A stretch of DNA of 64,000 nucleotides from Heptranchias perlo (taxonomy: Eukaryota). Shown here piece after piece: positions 1-11,435 of the stretch. The notes under the pieces are model-generated. The model saw only the letters and a list, made by a program, of their open reading frames with translations, was not told the origin of the DNA and ran no database searches. The stretch is from positions 121,706,001 to 121,770,000 of the forward strand of contig NC_090327.1 in the NCBI RefSeq assembly GCF_035084215.1. Direction: 5' to 3'. Within the stretch, counting starts at the first letter, position 1. Each line of letters starts with the position of its first letter. A program made the position numbers and the translations under genes.

Positions 1-1270
1 CTCCTTTTAGGTGTTGTCACCCTCACTGATATTCAGTGCCGAATGCTGGTTTGAGAGTGCCACACACGCAGAAGATTCCTGCTCTGCCTGCCTCTTCCTA
101 CCCTTATGGATGGTCACCCACTTGCTATCCTGAACCCTCTGTGGCTGCAGGGTGACCATCTCCTGGAACGTACGATCCAGGAAACCTTCAGCCTCCCTTA
201 TGCTCTGCAGTGACTCCAGCCGCCTCCCAACCTCAGAAACCCTCGGCTTGAGTTCGAGCAACTGGAGGCATTGCATGCCCATGTGGCCCTCCAGGGCACG
301 AGGCATCCTGAAGTTCCCACATGGCGCAGGAATTGAGGGCAATGGGTCTCAGCTGCCCATCCATTATATTTAGAGGCCTTTTTTTCTAAAGTCCTTTTAG
401 ACACTCGATTATTATTAATTTACTTACAGTTCACTTACCCCAATTAACCTGCCCTTTTATTCCGGGTCTCAGAGCTCCTCCTCTGTTCACTGTGTTGTCA
501 CTCTCTCTGTTCTTAGTGAATGGGGCTCCTCCCCGGTGCTCAGCACCACTTCTCTCCACTCTGCTCCCACTTTTTGTACTGATACCTGGGGCTCCTCCCC
601 GGTGCTCAGCACCACTTCTCTCCACTCTGCTCCCACTTTTTGTACTGATACCTGGGGCTCCTCCCCGGTGCTCAGCACCACTTCTCTCCACTCTGCTCCC
701 ACTTTTTGTACTGATACCTGGGGCTCCTCCCCGGTGCTCAGCACCACTTCTCTCAATTCCACTCCCACTTCTTGTACTGATACCTGGGGCTCCTCCCCTG
801 GTGCTCAGAGCCACTTCTCTCGACTAAATTATCTATTTATTTATAAATAATTACATTTTAGTGTGTATCATTTTGCTTTTTTAGTTTAAATTTAGCACAT
901 CCTTCCCCCTCTATATCTAATTCCCACTCTCACCAAATTCTCAAGTTCCCACTTTGTTCATGATCCACTCTGTGTATCAGCAGATAACCTTCTACTTTAT
1001 ACACCTTTTGAATACTGCAGTTCAATCAGCTTCCAGCTCACAGTAATTACCCTCTAGTCAGGCAATCACTTATAGCTGATTGACTGTTAACTGCCACTGA
1101 CTTGCAGTTTCTGTTAACCAACTTGCAGTTTCTTTTAAAGTTTTAAAGTTCTAAGTTCAATTTTAACTAAATTTTAATTTCAATTCACCCACTACTTTAC
1201 CAGAGTCCCACTCTCACTAAATTCTCAAGTTCCCACTCGGTTCCTGATCGACTCTGTTCACGATGCCCAC
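1..1270 (-). mobile_element. CR1 LINE 5' end (5'UTR and ORF1 N-terminal fragment), continuing off the window
   Basis: ORF 7..342(-) resembles ORF1 at 42399 (Cys motif, coiled-coil, ...WVT...QES...LSN); upstream boundary approximate. Confidence 0.7.
521..820. repeat. 66-bp minisatellite, about 4.5 copies
   Basis: tggggctcctcccc starts at 521, 587, 653, 719 and 785. Confidence 0.95.
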
Positions 1271-2031
1271 TCTGTGCTTCAGTCCTCTGGATGTACTGGG
1301 AAGAGATAAGATTTTGAAGGCTACAGAGAACAATAATGAGCACTCGTGTGTGGAATGTTCAGAGTGTAATAAACCCAAGACATTAATGGGCATACACAAC
1401 AAATGATAGCAGGTAGCATTACCACTAAACACTCTCATGAATCAACAGCATACACAGGATGTAATGACATATTGTAGCCACATTTGTCCTATGTAGTTAA
1501 CCCTATAAAAAGATACAGCAGACAAGCAGTCAAGATGACATGCTTGCGACCTCCTGATGTGTCCTTTGTTTGTGAGCTATAATCAGTACCCATCTCATAT
1601 GCACTGCACGTAAGGGGTTGTGTTTTATTATCTAATTGAGATAGTTTAATAAAGAGTATAAACCAGTGTTTCCGAGTCCTTGAACTTATATTAGAGTTAA
1701 AGTTAGAGTTGTATTAGAGTATGACAATTTGGTGGGAAGAATAAGGAAGCCACATACTCCTTGGAAAATAAGTCTAAATGGGATACAGGAGCAAAGGGGT
1801 ATAGGAATACAAATCACTAAAGGGTAACGCAAACAGAGTGGATCAGGAACCAAGTGGGAACTTGAGAATTCAGTGAGAGTGGGACTCTGGTAAAGTAGTG
1901 GGTGAATTGAAATTAAAATTTAGTTTAAAGTTGAACTTAGAACTTTAAAACTTTAAAAGAAACTGCAAGTTAGTTAACGGTTAACAGAAACTGCAAGTCA
2001 GTGGCAGTTAACTGTTAACAGTCAATCAGCT
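1074..2031. repeat. ~190-bp inverted repeat (arms ~1074-1258 and ~1833-2031)
   Basis: The second arm is the reverse complement of the first with few differences. Confidence 0.9.
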
Positions 2032-2269
2032 CTATAAAAGGAGTATAGAAACACAAATCGCTAAAAGTAATTAAAATCGCAGCCTAATAAGGCCATAAAA
2101 AAGCAAATGGAGCACTGGGGTTCGTTTCTAAAAGGGATAGAATTGAAAAGCAGAGAAGTTACGTTAACCTTGTATAGAATCTTGGTTAGACCACACTTGG
2201 AGTACTGTGAACAGTTCTGGTCTCCAGGAGCAGCAATAGGGGGAGGACAGCACTGAAGGCATTCCTCAT

Positions 2270-2600
2270 GTCCAAATCCCTCCATGGGCTCACCCCTCCC
2301 TATCTCTGTGACTTCCTCCACCCCTACAACCCTCAGTGAACTCTGTATTCCTCTAACTCTGGTTCTCTTGCACATCCCCAATTTCATTCGCCCCACCATT
2401 GGTGCCCGTGCCTTCAGCCTGAAATTCAGGAATTCCCTTCCTAAACCTCTTCACCCTTTTAAGACGCTGTTTAAACCTTACCCCTTATACCAAGCGTTTG
2501 GTCACTCATCCTTCTTTGGCTTGGCATTGCTTTTGGTCTGATTATGCTTGGGAAGTATTTCTACATTAAAGGTGCTATATAAATGTAAGTTGGTGTTCTA
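2270..2600 (+). mobile_element. Degenerate L2-type LINE 3' end
   Basis: aaatccctccatgg...ctatataaatgtaagttg tail; similar to 10600-11435. Confidence 0.55.
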
Positions 2601-2836
2601 CAGGCTGCGTGCTGTGTTTGGCAGCCGGTTAAACCTCGAGTTACTACAAGAAACTGAGGAACAAATTGAGACGTTGTTTTGTCCCTCTAAGTCAGTGGGA
2701 GTGTGTGTAATGGGACAGGATGTGGGGGTTACCTCAGTGCCACTGATACCCGAATAACAGGAACTTCAGAAGGTGACACTATGCCCGAAAGTAACAAGAC
2801 AAATCCCCTCCCGCCACGCCAAATGCAGATTTCACA

Positions 2837-2867
2837 CTGGGTGAGATACATTCAGATCATTTCCTGT
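2837..2867 (+). promoter_or_regulatory. V1 promoter motif TGGGTGAG...ATTTCCTGT (ETS-type site, reverse strand)
   Basis: The same bipartite motif lies upstream of the ATG in V1, V2, V4, V6, V8, V9 and V10 (ATTTCC 50-73 nt upstream in V1, V2, V4, V9, V10). Confidence 0.6.
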
Positions 2868-2908
2868 ATCCCCACATCATGAATCAGTTCAGTGTAGGGC
2901 ACATCAAC

Positions 2909-3345
2909 ATGAAGGTTTATTTCATTGTCATTTCGGTGACCTCCTTATGTCAGTATTTTAAGTTCTAACTGATCTTTTTCTTCCTGTTACTGTCTATGAC
3001 ATAAGCTAACAATTGTCTCGAATCATTTTTCTCCAGGTGGATGCGTCGCGCAAAGCTTGATTCAGCCTGAATTATCGATCACCAAAAGCCCGACAAAAAC
3101 CATACGGGTTACTTGTAAAGTAGAGGCACAACTGAGCAATGCCCACATTCATTGGTATCGACAAATTCCCGGTGAGGCACTCAAACGGATCCTTTATATT
3201 CAGGCTGCAACTGACCCTAAAGTGGAGGAAGAATTTCGTGAAAGATTTTCAGCTGTAAATATTCCTGCAGACAATGCATGCAATCTTGTAATTACAAGCA
3301 TCAAACAGACTGACACTGGCACCTATTACTGTGCCTACTGGGAAT
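2909..3345 (+). CDS. TRGV: TCR gamma V segment V1 (leader exon 2909-2948, intron 2949-3036, V exon 3037-3345)
   Basis: Spliced product MKVYFIVISVTSLCGCVAQSLIQPELSITKSPTKTIRVTC...HIHWYRQ...DTGTYYCAYWE. Donor GTCAGT, acceptor ttctccAG, phase 1, 23-RSS follows. Confidence 0.9.
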
Positions 3346-3384
3346 CACTGTGACACAGAGATACAGAAGACCTTTACAAAAACT
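3346..3384 (+). other. 23-RSS of V1 (CACTGTG-23-ACAAAAACT)
   Basis: Heptamer 3346-3352, 23-nt spacer, nonamer 3376-3384; each differs from consensus by one base. Confidence 0.9.
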
Positions 3385-3819
3385 TTCAGCTTTTCAAACA
3401 GACTCGTGTGCTGTTTCAGTGGTTAATACAGAAAGCCACAGCTGTACCATTCTACCCTTTCCATTGTACTTGGTACATTCCTCCAGCAAGACTTTACTGT
3501 GACAGTGAGAGGGCTACATTGTGAATAAGGCCAACATGTTTATGTGTTCGTCTGCAGAGCGTTATCAACTGATTAAAGTTTTCTGAAATATATGAATCAG
3601 TGTGCACTGGAATGTCTTTTAATTAGGTTTACTGAATTGACTAAACTGACCATTGCTTTAAGTTCAGTCTTAATTCAACAGTTCAGTGGTCACTGTAAAC
3701 TTAATTGACTTGCACTTCCTTACTTAACAGGCAAAAGCTAAAGGTTACTATTACTGCAATATAAAGAGAAATCAATAGCAGTATAACATTAGCAGACCGC
3801 AGGACAGTTTGATTAACCC

Positions 3820-4325
3820 TTTCCTGAGAAAAGTATGTATCAGCCTTAGAGGGAGTACAGTGCAGATTCACCAGAATTATACCAGGCTAAAAGGGTTAAA
3901 TTATGAGGACAGGTTGCATAAACTTGGCTTGTATTCCCTTGAGTTTAGAGGGGTGAACTGATTGAGGTGTTTAAAGTAGAAAAGGATTTGATAGGGTAGG
4001 TACAGAGAAACTATTTCCTCTGGTGAGGTAATCCAGAACAACGGAGCGTAATCTTAAAATTAGAGCTAGGCCTTTCAGGAGGGAAATCAGGAAGCACTTT
4101 ATCCACACAAAGGGTAGTGGAAATCTGGAACTCTCTTCCTCCAAAAAGTTGTGGATGCTGGGGGTCAGTTGAAGCTTTGAAGACTGAAGTTAATAGATTT
4201 TTTTTTAGGTAAGGGTATCAAGGGATATGGAGCAAAGGCAGGTAAATGGAATTGAGGTGCAGATCTAATTGAATGGCGGAAAAGGCTGATGGGGCTGAAT
4301 GGCCTCCTCCTGTTCCTATGTCCCT
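3820..4325 (+). mobile_element. CR1 LINE 3' fragment
   Basis: Degenerate ORF2 C-terminus and ggctgaatggcctcctcctgttcctatg tail. Confidence 0.8.
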
Positions 4326-4599
4326 AACTAATGAAGAGAATCTATCAACAATTGTAATGTTAGAATGAAACTAGAACACTGAAAGAGATCAAGACTGTCA
4401 GGATGGCTCAGCAAATGTATAGGCAAATGGCAGAGATGTACAGGTGAGTGGCAGAGATGTATGGACTACAGAGGTGTTGTTTTGATCCCTGTTTTGTGCC
4501 GAGTTAGCTGATCTCACCCAAGACTCTAGTAAGGGCACTACAGTTGTTCTCAGTGTCCCTGGGTTAGGGTGGGTAGGATCTATCAATGCTTCTACTCCT

Positions 4600-7500
4600 A
4601 GTAGGAAGGCAAAAAGAAACTACAAAATTAAATTATCAAGGAATATAAAAAGAAATAGTAAAATATTCTACAGATGTTTAAATAACAAAAGAAAAATCAG
4701 GATAGGGATAGGGCCACTAAGGGATACATCTCATAAACTCACAGGTAATGACAGCGAAATGGCGGAAATATTAAATAATTACTTTGCCTCAGTATTTATC
4801 AGAAAGACAAACATGGTGGGCATGACATTAGAAGAAGCGATCAAAAAAGATATAAAAACATTTAAGATAGAAAGTAGGGTGGTGGGGTGGGGGGAGATAA
4901 TTGATAAACTAATCAAATTTATAGAGAATAAATTCCCTAGTCCAAATGGATTGCATCTGCGCATATTAAAAGAAATTAGGGAAGAGATAGCAGAGGTACT
5001 ATTACAAAGATATAAAAATTCATTAGAAAAGGGAATAGTGTCAGAGGACTGGCAGACAGCTAATGTGATTCCTATATTTAAAAAGGGAGATAGAACAAGT
5101 CCAGGGAACTAGTCCAGGCAACTATAGACCAATTAGCTTAATGTCGGTGGTAGGAAAGATAATGGAATCACCGAAAACATAATAAAGAATATTCAGCACA
5201 GATTTCAAAAGGGAAGGTCATGCTTGGCCAACCTTATTTTAATTCATTTAAGAATTTATCAGAAAAAGTAGACAAGGGTAATGTGGTAGATATAACATAT
5301 TTGGATTTTCAAAAGGCCTTCGATAAGGTTCTGCATAGTAGACTCATGACTAAGGTCAGAGCATTTGGAGTCAGGGGACATGTAACAGAATGGATAGCAG
5401 GTTGGCTACAAAACAGAAAACAGAGTGCAGGGGTTAATGGTAGTTACTCAGACTGGCAAAAGGTGGGGAGTGGTATTCCACAAGGATCAGTGGTAGGATC
5501 ACTGTTGTTCACCATTTACACTCAGATTTGGACCCAGGAATCGTTATAGTTAATACTGAGCAGGACTGCGACAAAATACAGGAAGACATTAATAAACTGG
5601 CAGAATGGGCACATGCTGGCCAAGCTGGCCGAAGGACATAACTGCCAGACTGGGCCTGCGGCAGGTGGTGAGCAAACCAACACGAGGAAAAAACCTACTT
5701 GACATCGTCCTCACCAATCTATCTGTCGCAGATGCATCAGTCTGTGACAGTATTGGTAGGATTGACCACTGCACAGTCCTTGTGGAGACGAAGTCCCGTC
5801 TTCGCACTGAGGACACCATCCAACATGTTGTGTGCCACTACCACCTTGCTAAATGGGATAGACTCAGAACAGATCTAGCAGCTCAAAAGTGGGCATCCAT
5901 GAGGCACTGTGAGCCATCAGCAGCAGCAGAATTGTATTCCAGCACAATCTGTAACCTCATGGCCCAGGATATTCCTCACTCTACCATTACCAACAAGCCA
6001 GGGGATCAACCCTGATTCAATGAGGAGTGCAGAAGAGCATGCCAGGAGCAGCACGAGGCGTACCTAAAAATGAGGTGCCAACCTGGTGAAGCTACAACAC
6101 AGGACAGAGGCTGGGTATTCTGCAGCGAGTGACTGTCCTTCTGACTCCCCAAAGCCTTTCCACAATCTACAAGGCACAAGTCAAGATTGTGATAGAATAT
6201 TCTCCACTTGCTTGGATGAGTGCAGCTCCAACAACACTCAAGAAGCTCCACACCATCCAGGATGCTAAACAGCGGAAGCAGCATGCTATAGACAGAGCTA
6301 AGCGATTCCACAACCAATGGATCAGATCAAAGCTCTGCAGTCCTGCCACATCCAGTTGTGATTGGTGGTGGACAGTTAAACAACTAACTGGAGGAGGAGG
6401 CTCTGTAAACATTCCCATCTTCAATGATGGCAGAGTCCAGCACGTGAGTGCAAAAGACAAGGCTGAAGCGTTTGCAACCATCTTCAACCAGAAGTGCCAA
6501 GTAGATGATCCATCTCTGCCTCCTCCTGATATCCCCACCATCACAGAAGCCAGTCTTCAGCCAATTCGATTCACTCCACGTGATATCAAGAAACAGCTGA
6601 GTGCACTGGATACAACAAAGGCTATGGGCCCCAACAACATCCCGGCTGTAGTGCTGAAGACTTGTGCTCCAGAACTAGCCGTGCCTCTAGCCAAACTGTT
6701 CCAGTACAGCTACAACACTAGCATCTACCCGACAATGTGGAAAATTGCCCAGGTATGTCCTGTCCACAAAAAGCAGGACAAATCCAATCCAGCCAATTAC
6801 CGCCCCATCAGTCTACTCTCAATCATCAGCAAAGTGATGGAGGGTATCGTCGACAGTGCTATCAAGCGGCACTTACTCACTAATAGCATGCTCACCAATG
6901 CTCAGTTTGGGTTCTGCCAAGACCACTCGGCTCCAGACCTCATTACAGCCTTGGTCCAAACATGGACAAAAGAGCTGAATTCCAGAGGTGAGTTGAGAGT
7001 AACTGCCCTTGATATCAAGGCAGCATTTGACCGAGTGTGGCACCAAGGAGCCCTAGTAAAATTGAAGTCAATGGAAATCAGGGGGAAAACTCTGCAGTGG
7101 CTGGAGTCATATCTAGCACCAAGGAAGATGGTAATGGTTGTTGGAGGCCAATCATTTCAGCCCGAGGACATTGCTGCAGGAATTCCTCAGGGTAGTGTCC
7201 TAGGCCCAACCATCTTCGGCTGCTTCATCAATGACCTTCCCTCCATCATAAGGTCAGAAATGGGGATACTCGCTGATGATTGCACAGTATTCAGTTCCAT
7301 TCGCAACCCCTCAGATAATGAAGCAATCCGTGTCCGCATGCAGCAAGACCTGGACAATATCCAGGCTTGGGCTGATAAGTGGCAAGTAACGTTCATGCCA
7401 GACAAGTGCCAGGCAATGACCATCTCTAACAAGAGAGAGTCTAACCACCTCCTTTTACATTCAATGGCATTACCATCACCGAATCCCCCACCATCAACAT

Positions 7501-8930
7501 CCTGGGGGTCACCATTGACCAGAAGCTTCACTGGACCAGCCATATAAATACTGTGGCTACGAGAGCAGGTCAGAGGCTGGGTATTCTGCAGCGAGTGACT
7601 GTCCTTCTGACTCCCCAAAGCCTTTCCACAATCTACAAGGCACAAGTCAAGAGTGTGATAGAATATTCTCCACTTGCTTGGATGAGTGCAGCTCCAACAA
7701 CACTCAAGAAGCTCCACACCATCCAGGACAAAGCAGCCCACTTGATTGGCACCCCATCCACCATCCTAAACATTCACTCCCTCCACCACTGGTGCACTGT
7801 GGCTGCAGTGTGTACCATCCACAGGATGCACTGCAGCAACTCGCCAAGGCTTCGTCGACAGCACCTCCCAAACCACGACCTCTAGAAGGACAAGGGCAGC
7901 AGTCACATGGGAACAACACCACCTGCACGTTCCCCTCCAAGTCACACGCCATCCCGACTTGGAAATATATCGCCGTTCCTTCATCGTTGCTGGGTCAAAA
8001 TCCTGGAACTCCCTACCTAACAGCACTTTGGGAGAACCTTCACCACACGGACTGTAGCAGTTCAAGAAGGCAGCTCACCACCACCTTCTCAAGGGCAATT
8101 GGGCATGGGCAATAAATGCTGGCCTTGCCAGCGATGCCCACATCCCATGAATGAACAAAAAAATGTAATTGGCAAATGAATTTGAATATAGATAAGTGTG
8201 AGGTAGTACATTGTGGTGGGAAGAATAAGGAAGAATAAGGTTTAGAGCAGCAGAGGGATCTGGGGGGTACAGATACACAAATCAATAAAAGTAGCGATGC
8301 ATGTTAATAAGGCCATAAAAAAAGCACTAGGGTTCATTTCTAGAGGGTTGGAATTGAAATGCAGTGTGTTAAACTTGTGTAGAATCTTGGTTAGACCACA
8401 CTTGGAGTATTGTGAACAGTTCGGGTCTCCATATTATAAAAATGATATAGAGGCACTGGAGAAGGTACTAGGATGATAGCAGAACTGAGAGGTTATACCT
8501 ATTTGCAAAAATTGAACAGGCTGGGGCTCTTTTCTCTAGAAAAGAGAAGACTGAGGGGTGACCTGATAAAGGTGTTTAAGATTATGAAAGGGTCTGATAG
8601 AGTCCACATGGAGAAGATGTTTCCACTTGAGTGAGAGACCAGAACTAGGGGCCATAAATATAAGAGTTCACTAATAAATCCAATAAAGGAATTCAGGAGA
8701 AACTTCTTTACCCAGAGAGTGTTTAGAATGTTGAACTCTCTACCACAAGGAATAGTTGAGGCAACCAGCACAGATGCATTTAAGGGGAAGCTGGATAAAC
8801 ACATGGGGGAGAAAGGAATAGAAGGATATGCTGGTAGGGTTAGATGAAGTAGGGAGGGAGGAGGCTCGGATGGAGCATAAACACCGGCATAGACCTGTTG
8901 GGCCCAATGGGCTGTTTCTGTGCTGTATTT
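4600..8930 (+). mobile_element. Degenerate CR1 ORF2 (host), split at 5611/8164 by a nested LINE
   Basis: RT motifs YLDFQKAFDKV and GIPQGSV; QEDINKLAEWA joins CNWQMN across the insert. Confidence 0.85.
5612..8163 (+). mobile_element. 5'-truncated LINE of a second CR1/L2-superfamily lineage, nested in CR1
   Basis: 472-aa RT-containing ORF ([24 protein letters not shown]); 3' tail gctggccttgccagcgatgcccacatcccatgaatgaa followed by As. Confidence 0.9.
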
Positions 8931-9082
8931 AATTGGCTGTTTGGGACGCTCTGGGGTCGCTATATAAATACAAGTTCTTTTCACTCAGAATCACCGATTG
9001 TTAAAGTTTGATGGCAAGGAGTAATTTAAGTGAATCCGACACCTAGTCACAGAACGAAACATCCGTGAACTTACCTGCAGAG

Positions 9083-9113
9083 TTGGGTGAGACCGAACCA
9101 CGCAATTTCCTGT
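9083..9113 (+). promoter_or_regulatory. V2 promoter motif (TTGGGTGAG, Runx-like AACCAC, ATTTCCTGT)
   Basis: Motif shared with the other V promoters. Confidence 0.6.
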
Positions 9114-9168
9114 AGGACTATTCCATCAGCTCATTAAACACATTCAGTTTAGTGGCAAACCTGGAGGC

Positions 9169-9606
9169 ATGAAGATCCATTTACTGGTCATGTTTGTGAC
9201 ATCTTTCTCATGTGGGTACTTTAGGTTCGATTAATTTTAAAGAGTAACCTATTATTGTACAATATGAAGTAACTGTCATTGTCTTTTAAACAGGCGGTTG
9301 TGTTGCTCAATCCTTGACTCAGCCCAAGAAATCCATCACCAGGGCTTGGAGAAAAACGGCCCGTTTTCGGTGTGTGGTTGAGGGTGTGGATTTCTCGAGT
9401 GTTACGGTTCACTGGTACCGACACACTCCGAGCCAAGGCTTCCACCGCATTCTCTACGTTGAGACGGACTCTCAGCCGGTCTACGACGGTGGTTTCTCCG
9501 ACAGATTCACAGCCGAAAACTTAGAACAAGAAAAGACGAGTCTACTTGATATAGGAGGCATCGTGGAAGGCGATGCTGGAGTTTATTACTGTGCCTTCTG
9601 GGCTAG
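9169..9606 (+). CDS. TRGV: TCR gamma V segment V2 (leader 9169-9211, intron 9212-9293, V exon 9294-9606)
   Basis: MKIHLLVMFVTSFSCGCVAQSLTQPKKSITRAWRKTARFRC...TVHWYRH...DAGVYYCAFWA. Donor GTGGGT, acceptor aacAG. Confidence 0.9.
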
Positions 9607-9645
9607 CACAGTGACTCCGGGCTGCAGAGGACCCTGACAAATACT
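9607..9645 (+). other. 23-RSS of V2 (CACAGTG-23-ACAAATACT)
   Basis: Consensus heptamer, 23-nt spacer, nonamer with two mismatches. Confidence 0.85.
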
Positions 9646-10599
9646 AATCACCCAAAGTTAGCACCCAACCACCTCTCCTCTTCAGTCAATCGGGTTATGG
9701 GGGGCGAGTGAACATATTCGATTATCTACTACACGTTGGAATTCAATTTAGAATAGATTTGGGCAATTACTGATCAGTGAGGCGGAATAAACCTACAGTC
9801 AGTCTGTGAGATTCATGCTCCTTTCTGAATTTGATAATCCCTTCGCCAACACACAGATTCAAACAAGCTTTAAATACCCGCCGCTCGAGAATATAAGCGC
9901 CAGTTGGAGGGGAAGTATTTAGACCGTATATCGGGAATAAGTGACGCAACATGAATCCTGTCCAGACAAAGGAACGTAAATAAATGTCACGCTGTGAGGA
10001 TACTCGAAATAAGAGCAGCAGACCCGAGAGTTTTTTTTTAAACTATGGTTTACTGCAGCGATGGAAAGGCAGACACTTGTATGTATTTAATTAGAGACAA
10101 AAATACACATTTTTAGGTGTTTGGAATTTCTCGTACGCTTTAAAAAATCTGAACACCTAAAGACAATAATTCCAACAAAATGATATACATAAATGATCCC
10201 ACACGCCGAGGGTTCGAGAATATAATTAAATTACATGACGTGAACTAAAATTTATGGTATAAAACCGCCTGCAGTGCCCTCGGGGTAACTGGCGGATTTA
10301 ATACAGCGAGGGTTCGGTTTTTATTACAACTAACTCCCAGAATGAAACACTTAGTGTAGAGTTTTCTATTTTCAGTTAGGCTGACGGATGGGACTCTCCG
10401 ATCTTAATTAACATATTTTAATTTTTAAAAATCTGACGTTTTTCTGGAGACACGCTTTCTATGTTGTGTTTTGCACTAGTCGCTATTTTGTATCCTCACC
10501 AATAAATCTTACGGTTTGAGCACAAATGAGAAGCGTTTAATTGCTAATAATGAATGTCAGAGGGACACTGGAGGTCTCATACTTAGCACACAGACTGAT

Positions 10600-11435
10600 C
10601 CTCAACCCCTGGCCCTCTACTCCGAAAACCCTTATTCATGTTTTTGTCATTTCTAAACTCAATTGTTCCGATGTCCTAGCTGACAACCTCTCACCCTCCA
10701 TCATCTCCAATCAGGCCAAAACTCAACTCCCACATCCTGCCACCCATCCTCCATCCTTACCGACCAACATTGGCTCCTTATCCCCCAACTCGTTACATTT
10801 TAAATCCCTCCATGGCCTCGCTCTTCTCCATCTCTGCAACCTCCTCCAAGGTTCCATTCTCTCCCGCACCCGATAGTCCTGTGACTTCGGCAATCCTTCC
10901 CTGCACCTTTAGTGGCACAATCCTACTGCATGAACTCTCTGTCTAAACCCTCCGTCTCTCCACTCCTCCCCTTAAAATAATCCTACTGCCTGAACTCAGT
11001 CTAAACCCTCTGTCTCTCCCCCCCCCCACCCCCGCTTAAAATAATCCTACTGCCTGAACTCCGTCTAAACCCTCCTCTCTTTAACCCCCACCCCCCTCCC
11101 AACGCCCCCACACGGACTGCAGCGGTTCAAGAAGGCTGCTCACCACCACCTTCTCAAGGGCAATTAGGGATGGGCAATAAATGCTGGCCTCGCCAGCGAC
11201 GCCCACATCCCATGAATGAAAAAAAAGCAATCCTACTGCCTGAACTCTCTGTACCCCGCGATTCTCACCCATCCTTAAAATCCTTAGCAAAGGCTTTCTT
11301 TTTCAATAGCTTTCGGTCACCTCCCCGCATTCCCGCCCCCCCCCCCCAATCCCTCCCTCCGTGGTTTGACATCTGTTCCCTAAATCTGAAAGTTTCCTAT
11401 ATTAAATGTTAATATATAACTGCAAGTTGTTGTGT
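10600..11435 (+). mobile_element. Degenerate L2 3' region with ~60-bp tandem units and an inserted LINE tail (~11109-11227)
   Basis: KTLIHVFVISKLNCS resembles the L2 ORF2 C-terminus; aatcctactg units at ~10919, 10979, 11043, 11229; the tail matches 8042-8163. Confidence 0.65.

Noticed and set aside
431-850. Repetitive 22-aa-unit ORFs, or a CRISPR-like array
   Set aside because: By-product of a 66-bp minisatellite with no unique spacers.
3057-3059. TTG/GTG starts given for V ORFs in the ORF track
   Set aside because: They are internal codons of spliced V exons, not initiation sites.
3314-3352. V1 heptamer CACTGTG as an inverted RSS
   Set aside because: No reverse nonamer 12 or 23 nt upstream.
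6129-7547. 472-aa ORF as a host gene
   Set aside because: It is LINE reverse transcriptase with an N-terminus created by an internal duplication.
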